64,000 bases of DNA from Candidatus Paceibacter sp. (GCA_013360865.1 JABWAS010000002.1:30159-94158); one strand, 5' to 3'; shown: positions 1-9,992, counted from the stretch's first letter. Notes: generated by a model from the sequence alone, not told the origin. A program made the numbers and translations.

Positions 1-202
1 TTCCTGTTCCAAAAAACGAAGAGAAGACCGATGGTATTACCCGTCATCATCGAGGTTTAATAGTTGGAGGGTTAATTTTGCAATATGGATATATTGAAAC
101 CGAGTCTTACCCCGTACTTCCGCCAAAGGCGGATAGTGCTGGGGTGGTGTTGCCGGTCATAGTATAGGCGTAATTTCAAAGCAATGCTTTGTGAGACTTT
201 GC

Positions 203-1687
203 CTAGCGTGAGTTTATGGTTGATTTACCGTAAGTTACAAAATTCCACTCGGACGGGAAATATTTAGCAACATAATTAATGGCATCTATTTGACTCATGG
301 TCGGAGGATTACTTTTTTTACTTAAAAGGATATAGGCCATCTTAAAATCTTTCTGTGATGTTTGATACGAAGGGATTCTTGTTCCATATCTTGAAACAAT
401 ATCACTGATCGAAATTGTTTTAGGCTCACCTCGGACATGGACATTAAAAGGAGATTGATCCTGAGGATTTTCCGGAACCACAATTCGTAAATCAGGTACT
501 TCTGTTTGAGAAGCCAGCCCCATAAGATATAGAGATAATTTTGAGAATCCTTGTTTATTTGTAATAATCTCACTCACTGTTCCATCACCATTGTCTTTCC
601 ATGGAGACCCTCCCATTACATCACTCCACTGCTGGCCATCCCTAATAAAACCGGTGTCAGTCCAGTTTGTGTAATGAGTGGCAGTTGAAAAACCTTCTTC
701 TTTCCCGATGTACGCAAGCCACTGATGACCGGTTTCGTGGACTAGATAATGAAGATTGTTCTTAACATCATCTTCTGTTTTTATGCGAGGGGAAGTAAAG
801 CCGAAACCTAAAAAATTAACCCCAATTAGTTTATTTGAGTCAGATAAATAAGAAGAAGTAATTTGTGGTCCGCCGATACCTTTAACATCGTTTTTGACAA
901 TGCTATGAAACGCACCTTGAAAACCAGGCTCAAAACTCGGAAACACACTTAAAAAGTCGTAGTAAGTCTTTTGAGGATGTAGCGTGTAAAATTTTTCGAC
1001 TATTTTTTTATCAATAAGTTTATTGTCCGAATCGATAAGAGTTCCGTCATCATCCATTAAAAAGACATCCTCCATAAGTTCAGCAGAAAATATTGAGGAC
1101 GAACTGCTGCTCCTACTTGAAGGTGCTTTAGAGCTTGCGGCGCTAGATAAACTATTAGAAAGTTTAGAATTATTTGTTTTTGAAGAAACCAAAGATGACT
1201 TACTTGAACTTTTTTGCGAAACCGAAGAGGAAATAATTTTAGAACTATGAGATCCGCTTTGTTGCTGCGAATTTACGACATTTTCTTTTTTTGCAAAATT
1301 AGCCGTTATTGTTACGTTTTTATTCATCTCAATTTTGCACTTTTCGTTAGGGGTGTAATCGCAACCGGACCAGCTTTTGAAAATATAATTATCGTTTGGT
1401 TTGGCAGTTAATTCTACCAATGATTTTTCGGGGAATATTTTTCGGCATTCATTGCCACAATTTATTTTCCCCTCATTAACATTAATTATCACCGTTCCGG
1501 AGCCGACACTGGAAACACCAAGGCGATAATATTTGGGAAGAACAATTTCTTCTTTTTTAACGTTTGCTTCATTCTTCCCAAAGAATCGGAAAAACCAGTC
1601 AAAAAAACCGGCTTCGGCCGAATGAAAGACAAAAAACAAAGAGAAAATGATTAAAAAGCCCGAGAAGAAATTTTGAATTTTTTTCAT
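203..1687 (-). CDS. secreted zinc metalloprotease-like protein (HExxH) with Ser-rich linker and N-terminal bacterial repeat domain
   Basis: 494-aa ORF with an N-terminal hydrophobic signal. A HETGH motif (VHETGHQW) sits in the C-terminal half. A long Ser-rich low-complexity linker is present. An NYIFKSWSGC segment resembles Listeria-Bacteroides-type repeat domains. Confidence 0.5.
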   Translation of the reverse strand: MKKIQNFFSGFLIIFSLFFVFHSAEAGFFDWFFRFFGKNEANVKKEEIVLPKYYRLGVSSVGSGTVIINVNEGKINCGNECRKIFPEKSLVELTAKPNDNYIFKSWSGCDYTPNEKCKIEMNKNVTITANFAKKENVVNSQQQSGSHSSKIISSSVSQKSSSKSSLVSSKTNNSKLSNSLSSAASSKAPSSRSSSSSSIFSAELMEDVFLMDDDGTLIDSDNKLIDKKIVEKFYTLHPQKTYYDFLSVFPSFEPGFQGAFHSIVKNDVKGIGGPQITSSYLSDSNKLIGVNFLGFGFTSPRIKTEDDVKNNLHYLVHETGHQWLAYIGKEEGFSTATHYTNWTDTGFIRDGQQWSDVMGGSPWKDNGDGTVSEIITNKQGFSKLSLYLMGLASQTEVPDLRIVVPENPQDQSPFNVHVRGEPKTISISDIVSRYGTRIPSYQTSQKDFKMAYILLSKKSNPPTMSQIDAINYVAKYFPSEWNFVTYGKSTINSR

Positions 1688-1759
1688 TTTTCTACTTATT
1701 GCGCTGTTTTTTTAGCTCACCATTCCATTAACAATATTTTACACCACAACAAGAATTAA

Positions 1760-2134
1760 TTAACACATTTTAGCGACGGCTTCCAGCGCAGAAATTCTTT
1801 GCTCCAGTTCTAAAATTTTTCTATGGTCGTTATCGCTACCGCCGGTTTTCTTTAATCTCTTGAGTTCGTCCTTTATCTCTTCTATATCTTTGCTGTGCGT
1901 CGCCAAGATGCTTTTTATTTCTCTGATGCCTTTGCCGTGTTCCGTCAAAATATCCTCAGTGGAAAAAATTCTTCTTTCAATGGATTCAACTCTGTTTTCC
2001 AAACGGTCAAATCTTTCGTCCATGTGGTCTAATCTGTTATCAATACTGTTTAACCTTCCATCCATTCCATTTAACCTGTCATGAACTTCGTTAAAACCCT
2101 TAGCCACCATCAAAGCCAGTTTATCAATCGTCAC
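1760..2134 (-). CDS. hypothetical coiled-coil protein with regular heptad repeats
   Basis: 124-aa ORF. It contains consecutive heptads: DGRLNSI / DNRLDHM / DERFDRL / ENRVESI / ERRIFST. Confidence 0.4.
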   Translation of the reverse strand: MTIDKLALMVAKGFNEVHDRLNGMDGRLNSIDNRLDHMDERFDRLENRVESIERRIFSTEDILTEHGKGIREIKSILATHSKDIEEIKDELKRLKKTGGSDNDHRKILELEQRISALEAVAKMC

Positions 2135-2228
2135 TTGTCCGGTTTTTCGATTTTAGTTTTCTTGTTCGCCTTTTTCACAATTTTATTATATTCTTCAAAA
2201 TTCGGTTGTCTAATGTTAATATTAACTC

Positions 2229-3227
2229 ATGGCAAATAAAGTTATCTTTAGCGGGGTGGCGCCTTCCGGCAATATTCATATCGGAAATTATCTGGGAGCC
2301 ATCAAACAATGGGTCATGTCCCAGGATGAACCCGCCAATAAAAACATTTTCTGCGTGGTTGACCAGCATGCCATCACCGTGCCGCAGGAACCGGAAAAAT
2401 TAAGAAACAAAACACTGGAAGTGGCCACACTTTATCTGGCCGCCGGAATAGACCCGGAAAAATCAATCATTTTCATTCAGTCCCATATTCTCCAACACTC
2501 GGAGCTCAATTGGATACTTTCCACCATTACTCCCGTGGGCGAGCTGGAAAGAATGACCCAGTTCAAAGATAAATCGCGCAAACAAAAAAGCGTTTTGGCC
2601 GGACTGCTCAACTACCCGGTGCTTATGGCCGCCGACATTCTTCTTTATCAAACTAATCTGGTGCCGGTCGGAGAAGACCAGGTCCAGCACATAGAACTGG
2701 CTCGAACTATCGCCAGAAAATTCAACAACACTTACGGCGAAACTTTCACCATACCCGAGCCGATAATCAACAAAGAGGGAAAAAGAATTATGGGTCTGGA
2801 CGACCCTTCCAAAAAAATGTCCAAATCGGCCGAAAACCCCCATAGCTACATCGCTCTTTTAGACTCTCCGGAAACAATAAGAGAAAAAATAAAAGTCGCT
2901 GTCACTGATTCCGGCAGCGAGATAAAATACGACGAGGAAAATAAACCGGCGATTTCAAACCTGTTGACGATTTACAGCTTGTTTTCTAAAAAACCTATTG
3001 CCGAGCTGGAAAAAGAATACGCCGGAAAAAATTATTCCGTTTTTAAAAAAGATTTGGCCGATGTTGTGATAACCGGTCTGTCTCCTCTTCAGGAAAAATA
3101 CAAAAAACTGGAAAACGACCCGGAACAAGTGAAAAACATCTTAAAATCTGGCGCGCAGAAAGCCCGCGAAATCGCGGGCCGAACAATGAAAGAAGTGAGA
3201 GAGAAAGTCGGTTTTTTGGAGGTTTAA
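2229..3227 (+). CDS. trpS: tryptophan--tRNA ligase
   Basis: 332 aa. HIGH-like NIHIGN is at the N-terminus and KMSKS is present (KKMSKSAENP). Length and overall architecture match class I TrpRS. Confidence 0.9.
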   Translation: MANKVIFSGVAPSGNIHIGNYLGAIKQWVMSQDEPANKNIFCVVDQHAITVPQEPEKLRNKTLEVATLYLAAGIDPEKSIIFIQSHILQHSELNWILSTITPVGELERMTQFKDKSRKQKSVLAGLLNYPVLMAADILLYQTNLVPVGEDQVQHIELARTIARKFNNTYGETFTIPEPIINKEGKRIMGLDDPSKKMSKSAENPHSYIALLDSPETIREKIKVAVTDSGSEIKYDEENKPAISNLLTIYSLFSKKPIAELEKEYAGKNYSVFKKDLADVVITGLSPLQEKYKKLENDPEQVKNILKSGAQKAREIAGRTMKEVREKVGFLEV

Positions 3228-3577
3228 GCGGCTGATATTCTCAGATGCCGTTCAATTTCAAGCTTTTTCAGAAAATCAATGTCGGCTTTTTTGTTCAGAG
3301 ACGTCTTTAGTACCTCCAAAGTAGTTCTTATAAATTTAACTTCATCTTCAACGTTAGTCAGGCGGAAATTCATTTCCTCTAATTCTACCCTTATTCTGCC
3401 CACCTCCTCAAAAGTCGCGTCGCCCTTTTTCCGCACGAAATCAAGCGATTCTCCGAATGCTTTAAAATCAGACCTCATTTCTTCCAAAACGGCGGCAAGA
3501 TAATCTTTTTCTTTCTCCGGTATTTTCTTAAGAGAAGCGGAAGAAATTCTTGTTTTTTTAACATTATTTTTTGACAT
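3224..3577 (-). CDS. hypothetical protein (coiled-coil)
   Basis: The ORF-track entry 3224..3769 overlaps the hemerythrin gene in another frame. An internal ATG at 3577 (MSKNNVKK...) gives a 117-aa non-overlapping gene ending 4 nt after the upstream stop. Confidence 0.4.
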   Translation of the reverse strand: MSKNNVKKTRISSASLKKIPEKEKDYLAAVLEEMRSDFKAFGESLDFVRKKGDATFEEVGRIRVELEEMNFRLTNVEDEVKFIRTTLEVLKTSLNKKADIDFLKKLEIERHLRISAA

Positions 3578-3581
3578 AAAC

Positions 3582-4073
3582 TTAATTCCACTCTTTCTCA
3601 TTAAAAGCCAGATCCGGCACTTGGGCGAATTTTTCGGCCATTTCCTTTTGCTCGCTTTCGGAAAGCGCCTCGTCGGCCATAGGATATAAAATATTGTCCT
3701 CTTTGAAGATGTGCTCCCGCAGAAGTTCGCCATAACCCCGGGCGTTTTCGCATAGAGATTTTTTGTCATTTTTCCCCAGAGCTTCTTCCATCCCCTTCAC
3801 GAAGCCGCGGCCGATCTCATGTTCGTGAAGCATCTGCTTGGTCGGGTCGCAGTGCATCCGCGAATGCCCGCTGATTTTTACGAACAGCACGTCTTCTTCT
3901 TTGGCGTGGTGGAACTTATCGGCGTACTTCCTGATAAATTCAATCGCCCGACGGAAAAAGTCATCGTTTATTTCCTCGCCGCCTTCCAGGCCGTCGCACT
4001 TCCTTAAAAGAGAATCAATGACGGTAAGAATATTTTTGTGTTCATCCGATAATATTTGGGTTGGTTTTTTCAT
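3582..4073 (-). CDS. hemerythrin-like metal-binding protein
   Basis: 163 aa with repeated H...HxxxE spacing (DEHKNIL, HHAKEED, HEHEIGRGF, REHIFKED). This is typical of the hemerythrin HHE cation-binding domain. Confidence 0.6.
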   Translation of the reverse strand: MKKPTQILSDEHKNILTVIDSLLRKCDGLEGGEEINDDFFRRAIEFIRKYADKFHHAKEEDVLFVKISGHSRMHCDPTKQMLHEHEIGRGFVKGMEEALGKNDKKSLCENARGYGELLREHIFKEDNILYPMADEALSESEQKEMAEKFAQVPDLAFNEKEWN

Positions 4074-4079
4074 ATTTTG

Positions 4080-4397
4080 TTATTTTATTACTTCGCAAGT
4101 AAAAGCGCAAACTTGAGTACATGTCTGGGCATTAAGGTCGCAAGTGTTGCCGCACATATTGAATCTTCCTTTCCTCAAGCGGCAATCGTTTTCAAACCTG
4201 GCAGTCGCCTGATTGGTATTGGTAGTATAGACGACTTTCAGGTAGCTTAATTTACCCCGGTATTTGGCCATTACTGGAACCCTGTCCGGTTCCTTAAAAA
4301 AAACAAACGGATTTTCGCTTTCGCCGAAAACGAACCACACGTAAACGATAGCGAAGATTATGGCTATAAAAACAAACAAAACTTGTTTCGGTCCCAT
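4080..4397 (-). CDS. small membrane-anchored Cys-rich protein
   Basis: 105 aa. It has an N-terminal TM helix and six Cys in the C-terminal 40 aa. The start codon abuts repeat family 1. Confidence 0.35.
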   Translation of the reverse strand: MGPKQVLFVFIAIIFAIVYVWFVFGESENPFVFFKEPDRVPVMAKYRGKLSYLKVVYTTNTNQATARFENDCRLRKGRFNMCGNTCDLNAQTCTQVCAFTCEVIK

Positions 4398-4531
4398 CCC
4401 GGTTAGTACAAATTATGATTGCCTATGTTTTTGGTTAAATGATAACCCAACAATTAAACAACCAGCTTACTTTTTAATATTAATGACTTTTATATACCCG
4501 GCAAAAACCATCATAATTTGTCCTACCGGGC
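4398..4531. repeat. MITE-like inverted-repeat element, family 1, copy 1
   Basis: Left end cccggttagtacaaattatgattgc and right end atcataatttgtcctaccggg form about 22-bp imperfect terminal inverted repeats. The same ends recur at 14231..14362. Confidence 0.6.
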
Positions 4532-4560
4532 ATGATTAAATTATAATCTTTCTCCTCTCT

Positions 4561-4602
4561 AAAACAAGAACAGTTCCGCTTTAGCGGAACTGTTCTTGTT
4601 TT
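4561..4602 (-). terminator. Rho-independent terminator hairpin downstream of the S8 protease gene
   Basis: Perfect 19-bp inverted repeat aaaacaagaacagttccgc-ttta-gcggaactgttcttgtttt with T/A runs on both sides, so it is bidirectional in form. Confidence 0.6.
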
Positions 4603-4617
4603 AATCTACAAACATTA

Positions 4618-5811
4618 TTACCAGTTGACGGCGTTGTAAGCGTTGACCATTACGCCCAGGTCGGAGGCGGTATCTTCCAGTTTCTGGTAAACTTCCGCCG
4701 GATCCCAGGCGCCGTTGCCGTTGAAGTCGTAAAAACCGACCGGAGAATTAAGCAACAAAGCCGCCGCGCCGGCCACGTGAGGAGCGGCCATTGAAGTGCC
4801 GGACATCGTAGCGTACCAGGAGCCTTTGTAAGTGGAGAAAATACTCACCCCCGGAGCTACTAAATCAACTTCCGGCCCGCGGCTGGAAAAAGAAGCGATG
4901 TTGTTGCCATAATCGGTGGCGCCCACGGCCAGAACTTCCGGATAAGCTCCCGGATAATCCACCGCCGCGCCGTCGTTGCCCGCCGCAGCCGTTATCACTA
5001 TTCCGGAGTTGTAAGCGGCTATGACCGCGTCGCGCAAAGAAGCGATATCGTAGTTGGAACCGAGGCTCATGTTTATAACGTCCATGTCGTTGGCAATAGC
5101 CCATTGTATACCCTCTATGACGTCAGAAACGTAACCGGAACCTCTTCTATTGAGAACTTTGACCGCGTAGAGGTCGGCGGCCGGAGCGGCGCCGATAACT
5201 CCAATGGAGTTGTCCACCGCGGCAACAATACCCGCCACGTGAGAACCGTGCCCGTTGTCGTCATTATAGCTCCTGCTCGGATCAATGGCGTTGTATCCGC
5301 CCTTGATGTTGCCGAACAAGTCCTGATGAGAAGTGGAAATACCGGTATCTATAACGGCGACTTTTATCGGATCGGCGGTATTGCCGGTCGGCCAGATCAA
5401 ATCGGCCTGTATTCTGCCAACTCCCCAAGGCAACCCTTCGGAAGGCTGACTTCCGCCCCTTACCTTTAAATTTTCAGTAACAGCCAGTGTCTGGACAACG
5501 ACGTCGTCTTCAACTCTTTTGACTCCTTCTTCTTTACTTAAAGCGGACGCCGATTCCTCATCGTCAACCGCAACGGCCAAGCCGTTAACCAGGTCTAATT
5601 TTTTGGTCCTGGCGTTTTTGTGCTTAATTTTGATGGTCTGCTCCGTTTTCTCCAAATCAACGCCCGGCTCCAAAACGACTATTTTGCGGACTTCTTTTTT
5701 TTGCGCGTCATTGTCGCCATCGTTATCTTTGGCGTAAGCGGCTGGAAACGCTCCGTTTGCCAAAAAAAGGCTTAAAACAACACTTAAAGCTATGATATTT
5801 TTGTTTTTCAT
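4618..5811 (-). CDS. subtilisin-like serine protease (S8), secreted
   Basis: Asp/His/Ser catalytic motifs are present: VAVIDTGI, HGSHVAGI and GTSMAAPHVAG. The signal peptide starts at MKNKNIIAL, and the start was set to that ATG at 5811 rather than the track ORF start at 5892. Confidence 0.85.
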   Translation of the reverse strand: MKNKNIIALSVVLSLFLANGAFPAAYAKDNDGDNDAQKKEVRKIVVLEPGVDLEKTEQTIKIKHKNARTKKLDLVNGLAVAVDDEESASALSKEEGVKRVEDDVVVQTLAVTENLKVRGGSQPSEGLPWGVGRIQADLIWPTGNTADPIKVAVIDTGISTSHQDLFGNIKGGYNAIDPSRSYNDDNGHGSHVAGIVAAVDNSIGVIGAAPAADLYAVKVLNRRGSGYVSDVIEGIQWAIANDMDVINMSLGSNYDIASLRDAVIAAYNSGIVITAAAGNDGAAVDYPGAYPEVLAVGATDYGNNIASFSSRGPEVDLVAPGVSIFSTYKGSWYATMSGTSMAAPHVAGAAALLLNSPVGFYDFNGNGAWDPAEVYQKLEDTASDLGVMVNAYNAVNW

Positions 5812-5915
5812 AGTTGGATTTATAAAAAATAAACCGTTATTCCGACTAAACTTAATTATACCACCGTAAAAAGAAAAACACCAGTCAATCAAGACTGGTG
5901 TTTTTATAGGACTTT

Positions 5916-6410
5916 TTAGAGCTTGTAGTCAACCGGTTCGGAAGCGTCGTCTCTTATCTTGAACTTTACCACCACGGTGTTACCGTTCTTGTCTTTGGCC
6001 GGCTGGTCGTCGGCGGTGTTATAAACCCCGTCGCCGTTGTCCCAATGGAGCATGGCGTACATATTTTCCCCGGCAACGCTTCTTCGGCTTAAAGTAACAG
6101 ACGTGTCCCGGCTGGTTCCAACGTTAAGCAAGCTGCTGTTGCCAATGGTGGATCCCGGACCTCCTGCTTGCTCCTCATGTATGGCTATAAATCCCTTCTT
6201 GCTCAACTTCGCCTCCCTAACGTTGACGAACCGTCCCGGCTTCTGATCCATCATTGTTAGGGAATCTTCCATCATCTGTTCTTCTCCTCCGTTTTCAACC
6301 TCCGGAGCGGGCGCTCGCCTACCCGCAAAAAGCCAAACTATAACACCGATAACCGCCAGCGCGATGATAATTCCTATTATCATCGGCGCGCTTGATTTTT
6401 TCTCGTCCAT
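5916..6410 (-). CDS. hypothetical membrane-anchored protein
   Basis: 164 aa with a single N-terminal TM helix (IIGIIIALAVIGVIVWLF). No recognisable catalytic motif. Confidence 0.4.
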   Translation of the reverse strand: MDEKKSSAPMIIGIIIALAVIGVIVWLFAGRRAPAPEVENGGEEQMMEDSLTMMDQKPGRFVNVREAKLSKKGFIAIHEEQAGGPGSTIGNSSLLNVGTSRDTSVTLSRRSVAGENMYAMLHWDNGDGVYNTADDQPAKDKNGNTVVVKFKIRDDASEPVDYKL

Positions 6411-6512
6411 AAATTTAAAAAAATAATTAAGCTAATAATAAGATAATTCAATTATACTTCCCGCTCTCCCAAAGGCAAGGGCGGGGAAAATCAAGTTTTG
6501 CACAGGCTATTT

Positions 6513-7508
6513 TCAATAATTGGAGCCGAAGCGCACGTTTTTGTTGATATAATCAAGAATTTCCATCACGTCTTCTTCGCGGGATTCGCTTTTCAGCAGC
6601 GTAATGCCTATGTTCCTGCCTCCGCCGAACGATACCGGCATATAAAAGGCCGCGGCGATTGTTTCTCTGGCTTGGCTGGTGTGGCCGGTTTTGCCGCCCA
6701 GATAATTTCTCATGTCGGCGATTAAATTTTTATTAAGCCAAGCGTTAGAGTCGGAAGAATATCCCTCCTGACGGGTGATGTCCAAAATTTCTTTTTTGTA
6801 TTTATAAATGTAGGAGAGAAATTCAAACACTTCCTGGGCGCTGGACACGTTGGCCGGGGAAACGCCGCTCGGGTCGGCAAACGAAGTTTTGCGCAAGCCA
6901 AGTTCAGCCGCCTTTTTGTTCATCATTTTGATGAATTTTCCCCGCCCGTAGTCGCTGGCAATAGTCTCCGCCGCCGCGTTGCTGGATTCCAGAAGCAGCG
7001 GATAAATCAGGTCCCCTGTTTTTATCAGCTGGCCGGCTTTGAGGCCGCCCACCTTGTAATAAGGAATGCTGGAAATGGCCATCGGCACCGCCGCCACCCC
7101 TGTTTGATCCATTTCTTCCAAAGAAACAAGGGCGGTCATAAGCTTGTTTTTCTCCAAGATGATCGCGCCGGAATCCAGGTCGGCCACCAGATAAGCTTTG
7201 GCGGAAAGTTGCGGTTTGGGCATATTCTTGTCTATGGCGTAATAATTGTCTGGGCCGGAATCGCCGGAAATCCCTTTCCCGCCGTCGTTTAAGGCATAAA
7301 AAATTTTGGGCGCGCCCGCGGCGGCGGAAACCTTCAGGGGGAAATTTTGGGCCTCGTAAACCAGCGGCTCAAACATTCGCGAAAATGATTCGTAAGCGTA
7401 ACGGACGCCCTTTGTGGCGGAGTAAAACAAAAACACGCCGGAAAAAACGGCCACCCCCGTCCAAAAAAGATAAGAAATGATTCCGTGTCTTTTGCCGTAA
7501 TGCGCCAT
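6513..7508 (-). CDS. S11-type PBP / D-Ala-D-Ala carboxypeptidase homologue lacking the SxxK serine segment (possible pseudoenzyme)
   Basis: SxN (LLESSNAAA) and KTG (GGKTGHT) motifs are present. Next to the canonical paralogue at 15350..16378, the segment EKNAYDQLPIASVTKLMTAM is reduced here to EKNKLMTAL. Confidence 0.6.
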   Translation of the reverse strand: MAHYGKRHGIISYLFWTGVAVFSGVFLFYSATKGVRYAYESFSRMFEPLVYEAQNFPLKVSAAAGAPKIFYALNDGGKGISGDSGPDNYYAIDKNMPKPQLSAKAYLVADLDSGAIILEKNKLMTALVSLEEMDQTGVAAVPMAISSIPYYKVGGLKAGQLIKTGDLIYPLLLESSNAAAETIASDYGRGKFIKMMNKKAAELGLRKTSFADPSGVSPANVSSAQEVFEFLSYIYKYKKEILDITRQEGYSSDSNAWLNKNLIADMRNYLGGKTGHTSQARETIAAAFYMPVSFGGGRNIGITLLKSESREEDVMEILDYINKNVRFGSNY

Positions 7509-7527
7509 TTTTATTTTTCTTTAAAAA

Positions 7528-7659
7528 TTTTACCCCCACACCTGCTTAGGTGTTGCGAAGCATATTTTTGTACTTTATCCCCGTGTAATTTTACTTTAAA
7601 TGTTAATTATCTCAGGACATCCAGGAGCAAAAAACATCTAAACAGGGTGGGGGTTTACT
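7528..7659. repeat. MITE-like inverted-repeat element, family 2, copy A
   Basis: ttttacccccacacctgcttaggtgttgcgaagc ... aaacagggtgggggtttac. The ends are inverted repeats and match the copy at 34249..34343. Confidence 0.55.
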
Positions 7660-8113
7660 TGCTTTCGTAATCGCTTTCCGCCACCGAAGCCCGCCGCAAA
7701 ATAGTCCCGTCTTTATCCGTGCGGTAAACGTATTTTTTGCCCCCGACGGTCATAATAACCTCAAATCCCGGAGTAATAACCTGGGCGCAAAACTCATCCA
7801 CCGCCGCCACACCCAAACAGGAATCGGGCCAATCCTGGTCTTTTACCTCAAGAATCAGGATGTCTTTTTCGTCAACGGATAAAAAGTCCGCCAGATTTTT
7901 GCGCGCGACTTTGGCTGCCGGCTCAATCGGCAGGTCATGAACCAGACTGCCGGAAGAAACGCTGTCTCCGGAAGTGGCCGGGGTTTGCGTCTGTTCCTCT
8001 TTTCGCGGCTCTTCTTTTTTGTTTTGTTTAAACAAGATGGCTCCGCCGGTTATCGCGGCAAGCGCCACTAACGCTATAATTATTTTAAGCATAAGATAAT
8101 TATACCACCACAC
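7655..8113 (-). CDS. hypothetical membrane-anchored protein
   Basis: 152 aa with an N-terminal TM helix. The stop codon lies inside the right arm of the family-2 repeat. Confidence 0.4.
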   Translation of the reverse strand: MWWYNYLMLKIIIALVALAAITGGAILFKQNKKEEPRKEEQTQTPATSGDSVSSGSLVHDLPIEPAAKVARKNLADFLSVDEKDILILEVKDQDWPDSCLGVAAVDEFCAQVITPGFEVIMTVGGKKYVYRTDKDGTILRRASVAESDYESK

Positions 8114-8118
8114 CGCTG

Positions 8119-8985
8119 TTAGTAAAACAACTCCACAAACTTCACCGGGTCCACGGATACGCCGTTTATTTTAACGCTTAAATGCAGGTGCGGAAACTCG
8201 GCATAGCCGGTCCGGCCGCTTAGCCCGAGCAGTTGCCCTCTTTGGACCAGTTCGCCCTCATTAACCTTGATTTCAGAAAGGTGCATGTAAAGAGTCATCA
8301 GGCCGAGCCCGTGGTCAACCACCACGGTTTTGCCGTAATTGCGGTATTCCCGGGCGGCGCGGACGACGCCGCGGTTCATGGCCATAACCGGCGTGCCTTC
8401 TTGGGCGCGAAAGTCCGTCCCCTTGTGAGCGATGGTATAGGCGCCGGTTTTGCGGGAATAGCCGTAATCGTCGGTGATAATGTTTTCTTGCAACGGGAAA
8501 CGAAACGACCCCGTCCAGAAAGATTTTTTACCGGTGCGCATTTCGGCCAGATTTTTATTTTCCAGCGCCAGCGTCGCCGCCAGTTTGTTCTGGCTTTGGA
8601 CAGTGTTGCCTCCCAGCTTTTGCGGGATTCCCAAAGGCGCTTCAACTTTTTTCCGTTCGGCAATCGCGACTTTTTTTCTTAAAACAAACCCATCGGAAAA
8701 CTCGGCAGCAATCTCGTACTCGCCGGGCTTTTTGTTCAAATCCAGGCCGACCAAAGCGGCCGGTTTGCTTTTGTAATAAAAAACGGGAAAAGCCTCCCCG
8801 CCAAAACTTATTTTTTTGACGGAATTATTTTCCAGCCGCCCTTTTACCGTTATCATCAACGGCTCGCCCTGTTTGACCGCTTCCGGCAGGAAAACAAGCT
8901 CCGGTTCGGCCAAGCTGCTCGCCGGAAAAACAAGAAACGCCGGCACGGAAAAAGAAACGGCCAATATTGATAAAATTAACCTCAT
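8119..8985 (-). CDS. M23 family metallopeptidase (LytM-like)
   Basis: HKGTDFRAQEGTPV, VVVDHGLGLMTLYMHLS and PHLHLSV motifs (HxxxD ... HxH). Signal peptide present. Confidence 0.8.
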   Translation of the reverse strand: MRLILSILAVSFSVPAFLVFPASSLAEPELVFLPEAVKQGEPLMITVKGRLENNSVKKISFGGEAFPVFYYKSKPAALVGLDLNKKPGEYEIAAEFSDGFVLRKKVAIAERKKVEAPLGIPQKLGGNTVQSQNKLAATLALENKNLAEMRTGKKSFWTGSFRFPLQENIITDDYGYSRKTGAYTIAHKGTDFRAQEGTPVMAMNRGVVRAAREYRNYGKTVVVDHGLGLMTLYMHLSEIKVNEGELVQRGQLLGLSGRTGYAEFPHLHLSVKINGVSVDPVKFVELFY

Positions 8986-9006
8986 TTACCAATATTATAA
9001 CTTTTT

Positions 9007-9432
9007 TTACCTTATGCCGGTGTCAATGGAAAAATCAAATTCTTTCGTTTCTCCTTCAGCGAGCGTGAAAGCGTAAGGCAGGTCTTTGCTGGCGTAGCCG
9101 ATGCCCTTGCGCGCCGTGTCCAAAATATAAGAGCCCGGTTTAAGATTAAACAAATATGTCCCGTCCGTGTTTATAGCGGAGCGCTTCACCTCCGTTTTGC
9201 CGTCGGATTTATAGACGACAATTTCCCGCGAAGTGTAAGCTTCCGGCGGCACGGAACACGGCTCGCCTTCCTTTTCCACCGGGCAAATCGGCCCGATGGA
9301 AACTTTGCCTTTAATGGCGGCAGTCTCGCCGCCGCCATTTTCAACGGTTGAATTTTGTTTGGAAACATAAGCAAAAATCCCGTAAACAGCGGCCGCTATG
9401 GCGATAATTGAAATTAAAATTTTTGTTTTCAT
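9007..9432 (-). CDS. hypothetical secreted protein
   Basis: 141 aa with an N-terminal signal/anchor and a beta-rich C-terminal part. Confidence 0.4.
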   Translation of the reverse strand: MKTKILISIIAIAAAVYGIFAYVSKQNSTVENGGGETAAIKGKVSIGPICPVEKEGEPCSVPPEAYTSREIVVYKSDGKTEVKRSAINTDGTYLFNLKPGSYILDTARKGIGYASKDLPYAFTLAEGETKEFDFSIDTGIR

Positions 9433-9552
9433 GGTTTTATTATACCACCAACTCTTTTATTTTTGCAAAGTAGGGTTTAAAATAAAAACAGTGCAGTAAA
9501 CCCGCTACGGGGTTCGTAGAAACAAGAAAGTTCTTTTTACAAAGGAGAAAGA

Positions 9553-9960
9553 ATGGAAAGCGCTCGGGTGATTCACATAAACCGCGGAAGAGGTTATGGT
9601 TTTGCCAAAGTTGTAGTATTTAAAAGCCGTGAAATAACAATTGATAAGTATGAGGAAATAATCTTCCACTTTGGCGGTGGATACAAGATGAGGCCTGGAA
9701 GAAGAAAACCGAGATTTAATTATAAAATTAGAATCAAAAAATTTCCTGTGCCTGGAGAATACATAGTCTTTGTCAGGAAAAAGATAGAAAATGGAAATCT
9801 TAGGGATAAGGCCGCCGTATGGGGGCTTAGAAAGCAATACAAGGAGGTATGGAAGTTTTTAGACAGAAGAAATAAGCAGGAAAAGAAACTGCTGAAAATA
9901 GACCAGTTATTCCGAAAAATAGAAACAGAAAGAAGCTCAGAAACAAGAAAAGCGCTTTAA
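9553..9960 (+). CDS. hypothetical highly basic protein
   Basis: 135 aa, Lys/Arg-rich. A strong SD (aaaggag) lies 6 nt upstream of the ATG. Confidence 0.45.
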   Translation: MESARVIHINRGRGYGFAKVVVFKSREITIDKYEEIIFHFGGGYKMRPGRRKPRFNYKIRIKKFPVPGEYIVFVRKKIENGNLRDKAAVWGLRKQYKEVWKFLDRRNKQEKKLLKIDQLFRKIETERSSETRKAL

Positions 9961-9992
9961 TTCACTTTCATAAATTTTTTAAGGAGAATGTT

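Noticed and set aside
8233-8776. ORFs 8233..8682 (+), 8376..8663 (-) and 8474..8776 (+) overlapping the M23 peptidase gene.
   Set aside because: They are antisense or alternative-frame ORFs inside a well-supported gene, with Arg/Gly-rich composition typical of frame artefacts.
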